Assembly (NCBI GenBank): GCA_964019335.1
Contig: OZ025734.1
Location: forward strand, 248,001 to 312,000
DNA length: 64,000 bases
Source: Diplonema japonicum
Lineage: Eukaryota > Protista > Euglenozoa: Diplonemea
Direction: 5' to 3'
Of the stretch, positions 43,601 through 55,929 are shown one piece after another. The notes under the pieces are model-generated. The model was not told where the DNA came from and did no database searches. It saw nothing but the letters and a program-made list of their open reading frames with translations. The position numbers and the translations under genes were made by a program. The number at the start of each line of letters is the position of its first letter. The first letter of the stretch is position 1.

Positions 43601-46600
43601 CGTAGTACGGCATCAATGCGCATGACTCGTTGATATCGTCAAAGGTCAACGGTGTCTCCATGAAATGCCTCCCGTCGTTCAAAACGTGGGTAGGGGGGAA
43701 CCTTTTGAACTTTAGGAAGTAGTGCAGATTCCAAGACAGCCAGTGTCCCGAGAACAGCGTAAGATGCTCGCCAAGCTGCCAGATTGTGAACAACCCCAAC
43801 AGTTCCGTCAGCTGTTCGTCGGTCCTCTTTTCCTGGCCTTCTTCTGCAACGTCAAGGATACCCCCGATTGTTTTCTGCGCGTTGCACCACCCGTGGAACG
43901 AGTGGAGGTATCGATAATGCAGGGTTGACACTGCCCACTCGAATGCTGCGTCAGTCTCTTGATGTTTTGCCTCTGTCCCCCACCGTCCTTGGCACAACAT
44001 TTCGTCGTAGATTAACATCTGAAGACGTTCCAGTTGCATCCTAACACACTGCCATCGGTTGTAACACCACGGGTCGACTTCGGGTTGCGGGGTGAGCTCG
44101 AAGGCTCCGGTGTACATTCCGTCGCTCGCCACCTTGCACCCGGTTTGAAACCCAGGGACAGCCTCTTCACCACCGAAGATGACTTCTGTTAACATGGTTT
44201 TACCTTCATCATCAGGAGCAGACTTCCATTTCTCCCACACGCCTACAAATTCAAGGTCCTCTTCGTCTTCATCGTCGTCAAGCTGCATGTTTCGCGCCAC
44301 AAAGTCAATGAGGTACCTGGATGTCAAAAGAGATTCCCCGTTTTCCTTCAAAGTCGGGAAGGACACTTCTTCGAATTTCCTCGCCGTCCCCGTTAGCTTG
44401 TACTTCCCTCCGGTGTCCTGTCCCGTGATGTTGAACCCGGTGTTGTTCGGCAGTGCGGAGAACTGAAGGAAGAGGCCGAGCTCTCTTGCTTCTTGGTCAA
44501 ACCACGTCACTTCGCCCTCCCATTCACCTGAGAGGGGTGCGATTTCCCTGTCTGCAGCCAACCCCGGTTCCGACTGGATCGCAATGCGTTCAAATGGTTT
44601 TTGTGTATGCGGCAGCGTGCAGGTTCTCTTGACGATGATACGGGACAGCTTGCCAATGTCAGGTTGGAGCCAACGTGTCCCTGCCTGCGCGCCTCTTGTC
44701 TCAGCTCGCACCTTCACGTTGCGCCGGTGCAGCATGGCCGCACAGCAGAAAACCGTCCCAAGAAACAAACAGATGACGGTAGTGAAAAAGATGGCCTTCT
44801 GCCACTGGTCCTCGAGGAAGAGGAAAAGACAGCTTTCAAACACGTCCGGGTTGTCGACACCAGTGAGGATGGATGCGAGGGTGAAGTACTCCTTCTTCGG
44901 CCCAATGCAGTGCTTGAACCATGTCTCCCGCTGGTAGTTAATCCCAATGTGTTCCAGGTTAAGTTCCCCGTCGATGAACTCAATGACACGAATACTACAA
45001 GTAGAGTGCCGCCCTGGACTGGGATCGGGGCAATCATTATCGTTGTGAGACGTGGCACCACGCCAGTACTGGTCGACCCATTCGGAGATTTCAAGACCGC
45101 ACATGTCATGTGTTCTATAGTAGTCAAGGAGGAGGTTTGTTTGGTTAGATAGGAGCGACGCCCGATACGGCTGGTCCTGCCTGATTTTAATACTGTTGAA
45201 CGAGTCTGTCTGCAGCCTCACGAACAACGGGTGGGTGATCCCACCTAAAATCTGCGTCATGCTGGTCACGTTCACTTCCAGCAGCGTAAGCTCAACCAGC
45301 TCCACGCCGTCCTTGTAAATATCGACGGGTGCCGTCCCACCAGTGATAAGCTGTGTCATTCCGAACTCCGGTAGGGAAAGCACTATGGGGCGCTTTCGCT
45401 CGTCTTTCTTGTCACGTATTCTACGAAGCTGCCTGAAGAGCGTGAGGTAGTTATACGCCGAGTCGATGGTGATGGACCCGAAGGAGTTCGACTCCAGGTT
45501 CCACAAGATAACGTTTTCGTACTTTCCAAGGATGTCCATGCAGTCGAAGAGCTTCTGTTCTGCGATGTGCCTGTTGTTCAGAACCTGGTCCTGTGTCGCA
45601 GTGAAGGTGATCATCACGTCAAGGTTCTGCTTTGCGGCGTACGACACGAAGTGCTGCAACCCGTAGAGATTTAACCCGAACCACGTTACCTTCAGTGTGT
45701 TGAAACCCATGTCCCTTATCCTAGGAAGGTCCCTGTCGAAGAGCGGGTCGTAGAACTCCCCGTACACGTTTGTCTCGGATGGTTTTCTCGCCACCACGGC
45801 CGGTACGTACTCCATGACCTTAAGCTGGTAGTTGAAGGAGTCCTTGTACCAGATCTGCCTTCCCACGGTTCTTAAGGGTATCGATCCTGTCCACGATGGG
45901 AACACGACGCAGTTTCCCAAGGTATTTGTGAGGAGCCCCCACTCTACAGCGGAGGTCATCGGGTTCAGTATCGTGAAGTTCATCGGGAGTTTTGCATCTA
46001 GGAGCTCCAAAGCCTTCGACCCGTTGTGCAAAGCCAGAAGCGACACGTCAAAGGAGTTGCTCGCAAGGCTTCGAAGGTTATTCGGGTCCGTTTCCAAGAG
46101 AGTCATCACGTTTTGAATCCCGGCTGCGATGTCTCCTAGCGAGCTGCGCATCCCGACAAGATGCTCGCCCAAAGGAGAGAACACTGACAGCGTGTCGGCG
46201 GCTTCAACGGAAACCGCTGTCTTTCCCACCACACCACTACCGAACACCCCAACGTGCGCTTGGAAAGGATTGTTTTGAGCCGAGGACAGCCAATGGTTCA
46301 CAGCGGAGTCAGTTTCCATGGTCAACAAGATGGTTGCAAGCGACGATGCGTTTGCGATTCCCAGTATGTCGGCGGTTTTTTTAGCCCCCAACCATGCAAG
46401 GAGGGAGTAGGAGGGCGCGGAGTAAGCACGGCCTTCTTCTCTGCTGACAATGCCGCCCGAGAAGGACGATGCTGTGTACCAGTCGAAGTTTCGGATGGGC
46501 GTGTAGTAGTTACTCTCGCCAGACATCATGATAGTCCGCAGCAGCGCGTTGATGAAAACAAAGAAGGAGTCAGGGATAGCCGGCGCTGTCTCTAGACCCC

Positions 46601-48062
46601 CAGGCGGCACGCCGTACAGTTCTGCAAACCCGTACAGCACCATGCCGTAGACAGCCGTGTTGTTTTCATAGTTGTCGGACACCACTTCTGACGCAAGCCT
46701 TCCAGGTTGCGACACGACCACTCCCTTCCACGTCTCGTCGTAGACAGTCAGTTGCACGATGGTAGCCATCAACTCGAACATCCTTGTCTGCAGACGCAGT
46801 CCCATCTTCACTGCTTTAAGCCGCCTCGCAATGCGGTACAGTACAGCCAACCCGTAGAACTCTTCAGCCTTCACGGGCAGCGTCTCCTCGTAACCAGAAG
46901 CGTTATTCGAGGCGGCCTTTACATCGCCTAACAGGTACTCGTCGTCGAGCAGCGCCATCGAGTGCAGCCAGAACTCTTCACAGGTGTCTTCGAAGGCTGC
47001 AGCGTCGGTGCTTAGTAGTTGTTTCGAGACGGGGAACTCCATCTCGAAGTTTGCGGTCTCGACGACAGGAGGCATAAGCACGCCCATGACAGTCATGTAC
47101 TGCAAGGGGTTGGCCGTTTCGTCGTTCCAACCAGCAGGCCACCCGCCCTTCCACTTCGATCGGTGATTCGCCGCTGTCAGGATCAAAGGCATGCATGAGG
47201 TGCCCGGCGCTGTGTTCCACGTGATGTTCGCGCTTACAGTGTCCCCTGTCGCGTTATAACTGGCGCCCATGGTGCCGCCGTACGGCACGCACTCGCTGTG
47301 CTCGATGAGGTACCGCGACGCCTCGCCGTGGGAGGGCCCTTCGGGCACATTCGCTATTTTTATCCATCCCACAACAGGGTCGAGCAGCCTGATGACAGTG
47401 GTGCTGACTTCCATGCGGGTCACCTCCGGCAGGATGACAAGCCAGCGCTTACCTGAGGAGGTGGTGACGTTGAGGATGCTGGCGTGGACCTCGAAGGTGG
47501 TGCTGACCGGGAGTTTAGAGATGCGGGTGATCTCGCCGGTGAAGGTGAGGGAGGCGAGGGCATTGTTCACAGTGCGGAAGGCGAGAAAGGGAGACCCGCG
47601 GGTGAGAACAGACTCGAGCCCAGCATCGGTTTGGGGCCCGTTGATGATGGTGTGCAGGGAGCGGACGTGGAAATCCCCCCATTCCACGACCCTTGTCTGG
47701 CATCGTTCTGCAGTTGCGTCAATGTTCACGTCCAGTTTGATGTCCTGCGTGAACTCAGTCGCGACACGCCGCCCCACGTTCGTAGTCGTCGTCACTGGAG
47801 CCGATAGCAAGAACCCGCACGGATTCTGCTTCACCAGCAAGGGCAGTGCGTTCACCGGCGCAGAGTTTCCCGTCGGGTCCACCAGGTCAGCCCACCACTG
47901 CCCCGTTGGCAGCGGTACCGTAGCGTCCGAGGGCTCCAACATACTAGTATTCCATGTGCTATTCACAGCAATAAACGGCACAGGTGGCACCGCATCCAAA
48001 TACACAGGCACGTCAGTTTGCGATACGACCACTGCAACCAGCAGCCCTACCACGCCATGCAT
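31629..48062 (-). CDS. Giant 1,3-beta-glucan synthase (GT48) fused to degenerate GH81 and GH-like domains, 17 Trp/Pro repeats and PDZ; about 5,389 aa, 6 exons
   Basis: GT48 motifs DEWLNFVER, WASMRMQTVARTVRG, GKSVNQ, DCNQDGYFEE, RMHYGHPD, LNEDIFAG, GKGRE. Frame-preserving GT-AG introns at 33287-33336, 33150-33210, 32890-32954, 32744-32787 and 32075-32118 give 16,170 coding nt. Confidence 0.9.
33465..38050 (-). repeat. 17 tandem ~85-aa protein repeats (PxEWL...PAEWLKIA...EWL...PxxYP...WPPP)
   Basis: 17 WPPP-terminated units counted in the translation. Confidence 0.92.
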
Positions 48063-48206
48063 CTGGCCACCACCCTTTTTGGTTGGATATTAAAAGGGGG
48101 GAAAAGAGAAGAGAAAAAAAGAAGAAAAAAAAGAAGAAAAATCATACACAAATAAAAAAAAAAGATAGACAAGGGTATGGTGGTGAAAAGGTTCTACAAA
48201 AAATAG

Positions 48207-48945
48207 CTATTTACTGCCAACAAGTAATGACTTTACCGTTACCTCGAGGTTCGGCATTTTACCGTCGAGGGCCCGCAGGGCCCGAGATGGTAAAATGCGG
48301 AACCGAGAGGTCGGTAAAGTCATTACTTGGCGGTAGGTAAGTGGTTTTATTTCACGACACTCTGAAATTACTTCACTACGAGGGGCACAAAGGGGTGACA
48401 AGGGGTACAACAAGAGAGGGGTTACAAAGGTTACAATACAAGTTGTTTTTCCTCCTTTTGTTGACTAAGAGCTGCCGCTGTCGCTGGCATTGCCACTGTC
48501 ACCATCTCTAATCAGGCCTTCCCATACCTAGCGCGGCTGCTGGCTCCTTTTTTTCTGCTGCTTCGGTATTTTGAAGTCTTTTGGGGTGCTTGGGTAAGCT
48601 GACTAAGTTACCCTTACCCACAGAAGAGTTACCCACAGAAACTGGGAACAAGGCCTAGCCAAAAGTGGGCAAATTGGGAGGAAAAAGTAGTCCAACTTGG
48701 AACTGAGCCGAGGCAAAAGTTGGCCAATTGAGCTGAACCTGGGGGGAAATAGCAAACTGAGAGGAAAAAGTAGCCCCACTGGGAACCGAACCGAGGCAAA
48801 AATTGGCCTACCGAGGCATATTATTTAACGGAAACCCCCTATTACTTCACGGAAAACAGGCCATTATTTCACCGTGAAGTAATGAGATTTAGCGTGAAGT
48901 AATGGGCCCCCCAGTGCGTGAAGTAATTTCTGAAGAGTGAAATAA
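48207..48945 (+). mobile_element. Non-autonomous Crypton-like element
   Basis: Same architecture as 4512-5080: palindrome around gagggcccgcagggcccga, internal ttttatttcac...aaattacttcac complementary to the 3' end gtgaagtaattt...gtgaaataaa. Confidence 0.65.
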
Positions 48946-49011
48946 AAAAAAAAAAAAAAAAACGGGTTTTCTAAACTTCGCACGGGGTTTTTTTTTTCCC
49001 TTCTTTTTTTT

Positions 49012-51879
49012 TCATATAAGCCCCACATGCTTCATCCCGTCAGACTCAAAGTAGGCGTCACCCCTAGGTGGAGGGGAGCCTGCGTGTGAGGGCGACAGCA
49101 AGGTGCCGATGGCGGTAGTGTCGGAGCCGATCGCAACGTATTCATCGCCCAAGATGTCCTTAAGTCGGTCCCAATAGGGGCCCGGGCTTGAAACGACGGA
49201 GGGCCCTCTTCGGGGGCTGGTGTGGCGCATCTCGAAGGCTTCTTGAGGGGCCCGACGGGCTTCTTGCGGTTGGCGGTATGGAGTCTCCATTGTGCCTTCG
49301 ATGGCAGCAAGCTGGTGTTTAAGGCCTTCTATGTGCTGTGCCTTACGGGTGGGGAGAGGTGCACCGTTGGGTGGAAATGAGGAAGTGGAGACGGCACGGG
49401 GAATAGACGCGGGGTGTTGATGCTGAACGGATCGAGGGACGCTGGGAAGGTGCTGGTTCGGTATAGGAGAGGCAGACTGGTGCACAACGGGCGACTGCTG
49501 GTACGACGCGCCAAAAGGATACCCCATTCCAGGCGGTATGGGCACGGGTGAGGGCGACGCCGCATGCATAGGCACGTGTTGTGTGCGTGCTGGTATGTGC
49601 GACAGTTTATTGATCATATCAGCCATGGGCTCCGCAGACACGGGCAGCGTTGATGTGACAGGCGGGAGTGCTGGCCTTGGTGCCTTCTGCAGCTCCATCA
49701 TCTTGTCGTACTGCTGCTTGATGATGTCCAGGTGCTCGTGCTGCACATCTTCCGTTTCCTGTCTGCTCTTTATGTCGTCGAGCTGCTGTTGTGCCACTTT
49801 CTGTTGCGCCCTCCCATCGTTCAAGGCGCTCATATGATGCCCGTGTGCTTTTTTCAGTTCGTCCATGTACTCTTCATGCCGCCTCTTCTGATCAAACATC
49901 ACCGAGTGTTGATTGGTCTGCAGTCGTTCCAAGTAGTCCGATAATGCGTTTACTTGCATGTACTGCAGCTCGTTAGCCCCCGAACCGCCAGGCATCTCGA
50001 AGGCTTGAGCGCGTGTCCGTGTGGGCGACGTGAAGCTGCTTGTGTTTGCATGAGAGTTGTGGCTGATCTTTTCCTTCAGGTTCGCAAGGGTCTCCAGTTC
50101 CTGCTGCAACGTTGCCATCTCTTTCGTCAGCTTTGTGACCGCTACGTTTGTCCTTGCCCGCTCAGCATCTTGAAGTAACATCTTTGTGCGTAGTTCTTCG
50201 TCTTGCAACACTCGTATCTGCATCGGTGTTATGCTGGGCTGTGGCATAGGCGGTGCGGGTGCCAAATGGGGCTCTGGGTTGAACGGTAATCCTGATTGTT
50301 CAGGCACTGGGATCTGCCGAGTTCTAGGAGGCGACACCTTGGGGTACACGGATTGCGGTTGTTGTGGCTGTGGAGGCTGAGCGTGCTGCATTACAGGCGT
50401 CACCTGCTGCGAGGTGGGCGGGGGCCGCAGCTGCTCAGACGGCGGAGCTACAGGTGGGGGTTCCGGAATATCAGGAACTGCAGAAGGCACATGCGAAGGA
50501 GGGTTGGTAGGTACCTCAGCAGGCGCGGTGGCTGTGGTGGAAGGCGCCGACGGCGGTGCAGTAGACAAGGGTCGCATGTAAGGCTGCTCGTCGAGAAGCG
50601 GCTGGGGATGACGGGGAGGCGAGATCTGGCGGGAGGGTTGCTGAGTGTCCCAAGGGGCTTGCTCGCGCGACTCCAGCATGAGTGAAGGGTCAGTGGGGTA
50701 CTTGGCCCATCCGTTGAATTTGCTGCGGAAATCGAAGACATGGACTGAGAGGAGGTCATGGCACACGGCGAGGCGTCCGTTGTGCACCGTGTGCAGGAGC
50801 CGTTTGCTAGGCCAGTACGGGATGCAGAACTCAACCTTCTCCCATCGCCCTGTGGCGATGTCCCAGATCCAGGAATCGTTTACATTGATGGCCCGCCCAG
50901 AGGCATCGAACGTCATGCCGCCAAACACCATCATCTCTGCGCTGGACACCACAGCGACATGCAGGGCGCGCGGCGCAGGCGAAGGCAGAGAGGTGTTGGG
51001 TGTTGATGTGCGCCATTGGAACGATTGCAAGTCAAGGATATAGACCATGTTGGAGAGCGTGGCACTGGGCGGAGCGTCCTGAGGTGTGGTCACGACCCCG
51101 TTTTGCTCCTCTTCGCTGACGTCGAACCCGCCAAAAACAAGCATGTAGTCGTTGAAAGTGACAGCGGAGTGTCCCCACAGGTAAGGCTGGCTTCCTTCGT
51201 ACCTCTCTACCTTTGTCCAAGTCCGTGATGGAATGTCTAAAATATGCAGGGAGAAGAAACCTTGCGCCCTTGCTTGGTGAAGGTCGGCCGCTGTCAGGGC
51301 ATGGTCATGGCCCTTGGATAGGTCCTGCCCGCCGTACACCAGCATCTTCCCGTTGTGGACCACAGCAGTGTGATGCGACCTTGGTCCCGGGCTTTCACCG
51401 AATGTCTGCACCCTCATCCATTCGCACGTCTCTAGGTCCAGCTCGTAGTACGGTGTCTCTTCCACGCCCACACCGTAAGAGGGGTCTGCTATGCCACCGT
51501 ACACCAACTGTGGTTGTGGTGGGTTTCTCCCGTTATCGCGAATGTCATACCATCTGGTTTCCATACGTCACGGAGCTGTGGTATGTGCGTGGTGCAGGGA
51601 TGTGCCCTGTGCATTGTATCTGCGTCCATTTCAGCAAGCCCAGATGAAGGGCCCAGACCTTATCCGGGACAGGGCCCCCATAAGTGAACATCGTATCCTA
51701 GGTGGGGGTGTTCAAAGAAATTCTTTTTAGAAGAACAAGAAGAAAAAAAAAAAAGAAAAAAAGAAGAAAAAAAAACATACCCCATCCAACACAGAAGTCA
51801 CGCCGTCGCTCTTCGCTGTGAACCCGCAGGCGTCTGTACCGTTCCCCAGCCGGACCATGGAGTCGAAGAGGCGTGTCAT
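49012..51879 (-). CDS. Kelch-repeat protein with Pro/Gln-rich and coiled-coil C-terminus (about 913 aa, 3 exons)
   Basis: PxPRxxH...YGG/FGG...W repeats; introns 51698-51780 and 51508-51550 extend the ORF in frame to ATG 51879. Confidence 0.88.
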
Positions 51880-52043
51880 TTTTCTTTCTCTTTGCTCGCA
51901 GGTTTTTCCTCTCCCTCCCACCCCCCTCCCTCTCCCTATTTTTTGACATCGTAAAAAACTTTTAAATAGTTCTTTTCAAAAAGAAATTGAAATGAAATAC
52001 AGGGAGGGGGGTCTTGTAAAAAACACCCCCATTTCCCCCCCCT

Positions 52044-53168
52044 TTAAGAACGGCTTTTGGGTTGGCACAGTCTCTCGGCCACCTCGCTCGCCTTTTGTTT
52101 GGATATTTTCACTGAGGCTACCTTGGGCGAGGAGTACTCTTGCGAAAGCTTCTGAATCTTTTCGGTTTTCTTGTCGATGGCCTTCGTGTACAGGCTGTTG
52201 AGGCGCTCCTTGAGCTGGTCCTTCGACAGCTTCTTCTCTTCTGGGGCGACACCGTGGACCCTCTGTACTGAGAGCTCACGCTTTTGCGCAATTTGATCAC
52301 GCGCGTTGTAGAGGCGGAGGGAAGTCTGAACGAGATCACTAAGAGGCATGGGGTGGGCACCTCTTGTGGGTCGAGGCACGAGGCTGCTGTATTTCAAGTC
52401 AAGCTCCTCTTCCAATTGTTGTTTTCTCTGAATCGGTGCGGAGAAAAGGGTGGCTAGACGTTCCTCTTCGGCATCAGACCGATCAATGACCCTTCGTGGT
52501 GGGAGCTGTAGCCGTCTGCTCACACGCGAGAATTCTTGGTGCTCGTCTTCAAGTCTTTTTGTATTTCTGTCGGTAGCGTGCCTCCACAGCCTCGTCACCG
52601 TGGCATCTCGCTGTTCTGAGGTCGCCGATCGAAACAAATCCAAGTTCCTTGAATTCATATTATTGCTGGTTGAGTTGAACTGTTCCTTCAGCGCGAGTGT
52701 CTCCAGCTTCTTTTTCAGCACAGCCAATCTTTTGTCTCTAGGGTACCCCGCCGTTCCGTTTTCAAATTTCTGCAGTCTTTCTTGTTTAGTCATGTACACG
52801 CCATCGGGCAACGGCTGCCCAGGGTAGACTGACCACGCTTTGCACTTCAGGGACGTGTTCTGAGATATGAATTGAGACCATGTGTTTTCGTTAAGGGGCA
52901 CTTCTGTCTTTTCGCTGCCCACCATTTTCACTCTGCTGCCCACGATGGAGCTGATCTCTGTGCCGACTGTGGAGGCTACTGCCACGCTCAGCTCTTGTGC
53001 TTTTATCTTCTTTTCGAAAGACAGCAGCACCCTCTGGTTGAACAGCGCTTCCACGCTGTCGCTGAAGCTTTTGAAAGATCCGTTTTTAGAGACAGTAAGC
53101 GTTTCATCGAACTTGCACCCCATTTCGCAAAGTCTTACTTTCACCTGCGCTGTATTCTCACCGCTCAT
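52044..53168 (-). CDS. Hypothetical protein (374 aa, charged helical C-terminus)
   Basis: Intact ORF on the coding strand; no family recognised. Confidence 0.75.
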   Translation of the reverse strand: MSGENTAQVKVRLCEMGCKFDETLTVSKNGSFKSFSDSVEALFNQRVLLSFEKKIKAQELSVAVASTVGTEISSIVGSRVKMVGSEKTEVPLNENTWSQFISQNTSLKCKAWSVYPGQPLPDGVYMTKQERLQKFENGTAGYPRDKRLAVLKKKLETLALKEQFNSTSNNMNSRNLDLFRSATSEQRDATVTRLWRHATDRNTKRLEDEHQEFSRVSRRLQLPPRRVIDRSDAEEERLATLFSAPIQRKQQLEEELDLKYSSLVPRPTRGAHPMPLSDLVQTSLRLYNARDQIAQKRELSVQRVHGVAPEEKKLSKDQLKERLNSLYTKAIDKKTEKIQKLSQEYSSPKVASVKISKQKASEVAERLCQPKSRS

Positions 53169-53667
53169 CTCCCCCCTTTACCTATATTTCGTCAGTGAAT
53201 TGGGGGTGGGGGACGAAGAAACAAAGAAAGACGATCTCCCTTGTCTACAATCATCATTTTTCTTTCCACCAAGGTTGTGTTGCACTCAAGCAAAAGAGTC
53301 GTCTGATTGTCGTTTGTGAAGCAAGAAAAAAAAAAAATGACATTTAAAAAAAGAAGCCAAAATGAAGATTTAAAAAAGAAACAAGATAAAGTTCACAAAA
53401 ATAGAAAACTGAAAAACAAAAAGCTGAACGTTCCGAGTTTGCAGGTAAGGTAACACAAAGCGGAGTGATGTGTGCCAAAAGCCAACACCATCAAAAGTGC
53501 CACGAAGTGGGAACGAGAAGGGTTGGTGGACACACCACTGCAAAGCTTCAAGAAAAAAAAGGGGGGGGGGGAATGGAAAATGATTCAAAAACTCTTTTTG
53601 ATTTTCTCTCAACTCAACTCAATAACTAAAAGTCCCCCCCACCACCACGACCACCACCACCACCTAT

Positions 53668-55260
53668 CTACTTCTTCTTAGCGATGACCTTCTCAGTGGT
53701 CTTGGTGACCTTGCCAAGCATGACGACCCCGTTGCCCTCCATGATGGCGACACGGGAGAGACCCTCGCAGTTCTTGAAGGTGTCGACGACGAGGGGCTGC
53801 TGGGGGGCGAAGACGACCTCAGCCATCTCGTTGGCCTTCAGGCAGTGGGGCTCCTCCGCCTTCTTCCCGCCAGTCTCCTTCCCCATCTTCCACACCAGCT
53901 GGGTCATCCTCACGGCGGACCTCCCCGTCCTCACGAAGCACACGGGGGTGTACCCGACCTTCAGCTCACCGGGGTGGTCCAGGATCTGCACCTGCGCGTT
54001 GAAGGTCCCGGCCTCCTTCAGGGAGGCGTCCTTCTTGTAGATCATCACGTCACCGGTCCTCGGCATGTTGTCCTTGTTGAGACCCTTCACGTTCAGCCCC
54101 ACGTTGTCACCAGCCTTGGCGTCCTCGCACCTCTTGTGGTGCATCTCGCAGGTGAAGACCTTCCCCACGCAAGCGTTGGCGGCCGTGTGGGTGGGGAGGA
54201 AGAGCACTTCCTCACCTGGCTTCACGATACCTTGCTCCACACGGCCGGTAATAACATCACCGACACCCTTGATCTGTGTTTTTGTGTTGTGTTGGTGTTG
54301 GTGTTGTGTTGGTGTTGTGTTGTGTTGTGTTGTGTTGGTGTTGTGTGTTGGTGTTGTGTTGGTGTTGTGTTGTGTTGGTGTTGTGTTGTGTTGTGTTGTG
54401 TTGTGTTGTGTTGTGTTGAGTGTGTGTTTTCTTTCGTGTCTTCTCTCACATACCTTGTACACACCCGAAACAGGCATCCTCATAGGAGCATCGTTCTTCC
54501 TCTCAGGCATCCTCACCATCTTGTCAAGGGCATCAACAAGGGTGTCGATGTGAAGCTTCTCGTCAGCCCCGACGAGGACATCCTGACCCTTCCACCAGTC
54601 CATCTTAGTCGACTTCTTCAGAAGGTTGTCACCGATCCAACCCGAGATGGGGAGGACGGGGACGTTCTTCTCAACGAAGTCCTTCTTCCAACCGGTCTTC
54701 ACCAACATGCTCTTCATCTCCTCCTTGATCTCGTTGTACCTCTCCTCCTTGTACTGCGCGACGTCGCAGTCCATCTTGTTGATCCCGACGATGAGCTGCT
54801 TCACACCGAGCAGGTTGATGAGACGGGCGTGCTGCCTGGTCTGCCCCTGGATCTCACCAGCCTTGTGGTTCCCCCTCGCGATCGCCGACACGAAGTTCCC
54901 GTCAGCGGGGATCATCAGGAGCGCCACGTCCGCCTGCGAGGCCCCGGTGATCATGTTCTTGATGAAGTCCCTGTGCCCAGGGGCGTCGATCACCGTGTAG
55001 TGCCACTTCTCCGTGAAGAACTCCTTCGTCGTGCAGGCGATCGTCACACCACGCTCACGCTCCTCCTTCTGCCTGTCCATGTAGAAGGCGAAGGCGAAGG
55101 ACTGCTTCCCGAGACGCTCCGCCTCAGCCTTCAACTTCTCCATCTCACGCTCGGGTATCCCACCCAGCTCGAAGAGGAGACGCCCCGTCGTCGTCGACTT
55201 CCCAGAGTCCACGTGACCGCAGATCACGATCGACAAGTGCTGCTTACCGTCCGTTGCCAT
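53668..55260 (-). CDS. EFL: Elongation factor-like GTPase EFL (470 aa; intron 54274-54453)
   Basis: CGHVDSGKSTTTGRLLFELGG, SFAFAFYMDRQKEERERGVTIACTTKEF, PADGNF...NHKAGEIQGQTRQHARL are EFL-type rather than EF-1alpha; ATG 55260; candidate trans-splice AG at 55278-55277. Confidence 0.95.
   Translation of the reverse strand: MATDGKQHLSIVICGHVDSGKSTTTGRLLFELGGIPEREMEKLKAEAERLGKQSFAFAFYMDRQKEERERGVTIACTTKEFFTEKWHYTVIDAPGHRDFIKNMITGASQADVALLMIPADGNFVSAIARGNHKAGEIQGQTRQHARLINLLGVKQLIVGINKMDCDVAQYKEERYNEIKEEMKSMLVKTGWKKDFVEKNVPVLPISGWIGDNLLKKSTKMDWWKGQDVLVGADEKLHIDTLVDALDKMVRMPERKNDAPMRMPVSGVYKVCERRHERKHTLNTTQHNTTQHNTTPTQHNTNTTPTHNTNTTQHNTTPTQHQHQHNTKTQIKGVGDVITGRVEQGIVKPGEEVLFLPTHTAANACVGKVFTCEMHHKRCEDAKAGDNVGLNVKGLNKDNMPRTGDVMIYKKDASLKEAGTFNAQVQILDHPGELKVGYTPVCFVRTGRSAVRMTQLVWKMGKETGGKKAEEPHCLKANEMAEVVFAPQQPLVVDTFKNCEGLSRVAIMEGNGVVMLGKVTKTTEKVIAKKK
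54280..54425. repeat. (CACAA)n-type microsatellite inside the EFL intron
   Basis: tgtgt/tggtgt repeats on the plus strand between GTATGT and CACAG. Confidence 0.92.
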
Positions 55261-55366
55261 CTTTAGTTTTTTGCCCCTGTAGGTGTGTGTGTGTGTGTGT
55301 GTTTGTGGGGTGGGGAGAATAGTAGAAGGAGAAGAAACATATATAAAAAAGGTCGTCTCGATTGTC

Positions 55367-55442
55367 ATATCTGACACAAGCGCGAAGACCTAACGCTGCA
55401 CAGGTGTCTGTCGCAGCAACGAAAGGCGCTTAAGCTGTGTGG
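55367..55442 (-). ncRNA. AGA-box RNA type 1 copy
   Basis: Same as 12462-12537. Confidence 0.65.
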
Positions 55443-55459
55443 GCCGTCTCTTTTAGGAT

Positions 55460-55529
55460 TCATCTCAGAGAGGACAAGTCACGGTGCACTCCGCAAAGGG
55501 GTCATCAGAGGCCGTGTGCAAAACTCTTA
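55460..55529 (-). ncRNA. AGA-box RNA type 2 copy
   Basis: Same as 12555-12624. Confidence 0.72.
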
Positions 55530-55562
55530 TGGTTTTATTTCTTATTTGGGCTTTTTTTTCTT

Positions 55563-55669
55563 TTGTTCAGAAGGAATCCAACTTTTCAAAAATATCGATC
55601 TCAGCTGAAAAAGGAGGACCCTTTCCATCGAGTGGTTAATTAAACTTATTTTGAACGATCATCATTTTT
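55563..55669 (-). ncRNA. Box C/D snoRNA type 2 copy
   Basis: C and D boxes and guide retained, small indels. Confidence 0.75.
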
Positions 55670-55698
55670 GCAAAACCCAACACACAGCCAAGTAGATC

Positions 55699-55768
55699 AC
55701 ATCTCAGAGAGGACAAGTCACGGTGCACTCCGCAAAGGGGTCATCAGAGGCCGTGTGCAAAACTCTTA
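55699..55768 (-). ncRNA. AGA-box RNA type 2 copy
   Basis: Same as 12555-12624. Confidence 0.72.
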
Positions 55769-55818
55769 TGGTAAAATATTCCCCTTTTCTTTTTTTTAGG
55801 GGGGGGCTTTTTTTCTTT

Positions 55819-55929
55819 TGTTTCAGAAGGAATCCAACTTTTTTCAAAAATATCGATCTCAGCTGGAAAAGGCGAACCCGTTCCATCGAGTGGTTAATTA
55901 AACATGTATTTTGAACGATCATCATTTTT
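55819..55929 (-). ncRNA. Box C/D snoRNA type 2 copy
   Basis: ATGATGA...CTGA with the same guide. Confidence 0.82.

Noticed and set aside
54274-54453. HNTTQ-repeat insertion in the EFL protein
   Set aside because: Bounded by GTATGT and CACAG; removal restores GVYK|IKGVG
53845-55266. 473-aa plus-strand ORF
   Set aside because: Antisense shadow of codon-biased EFL
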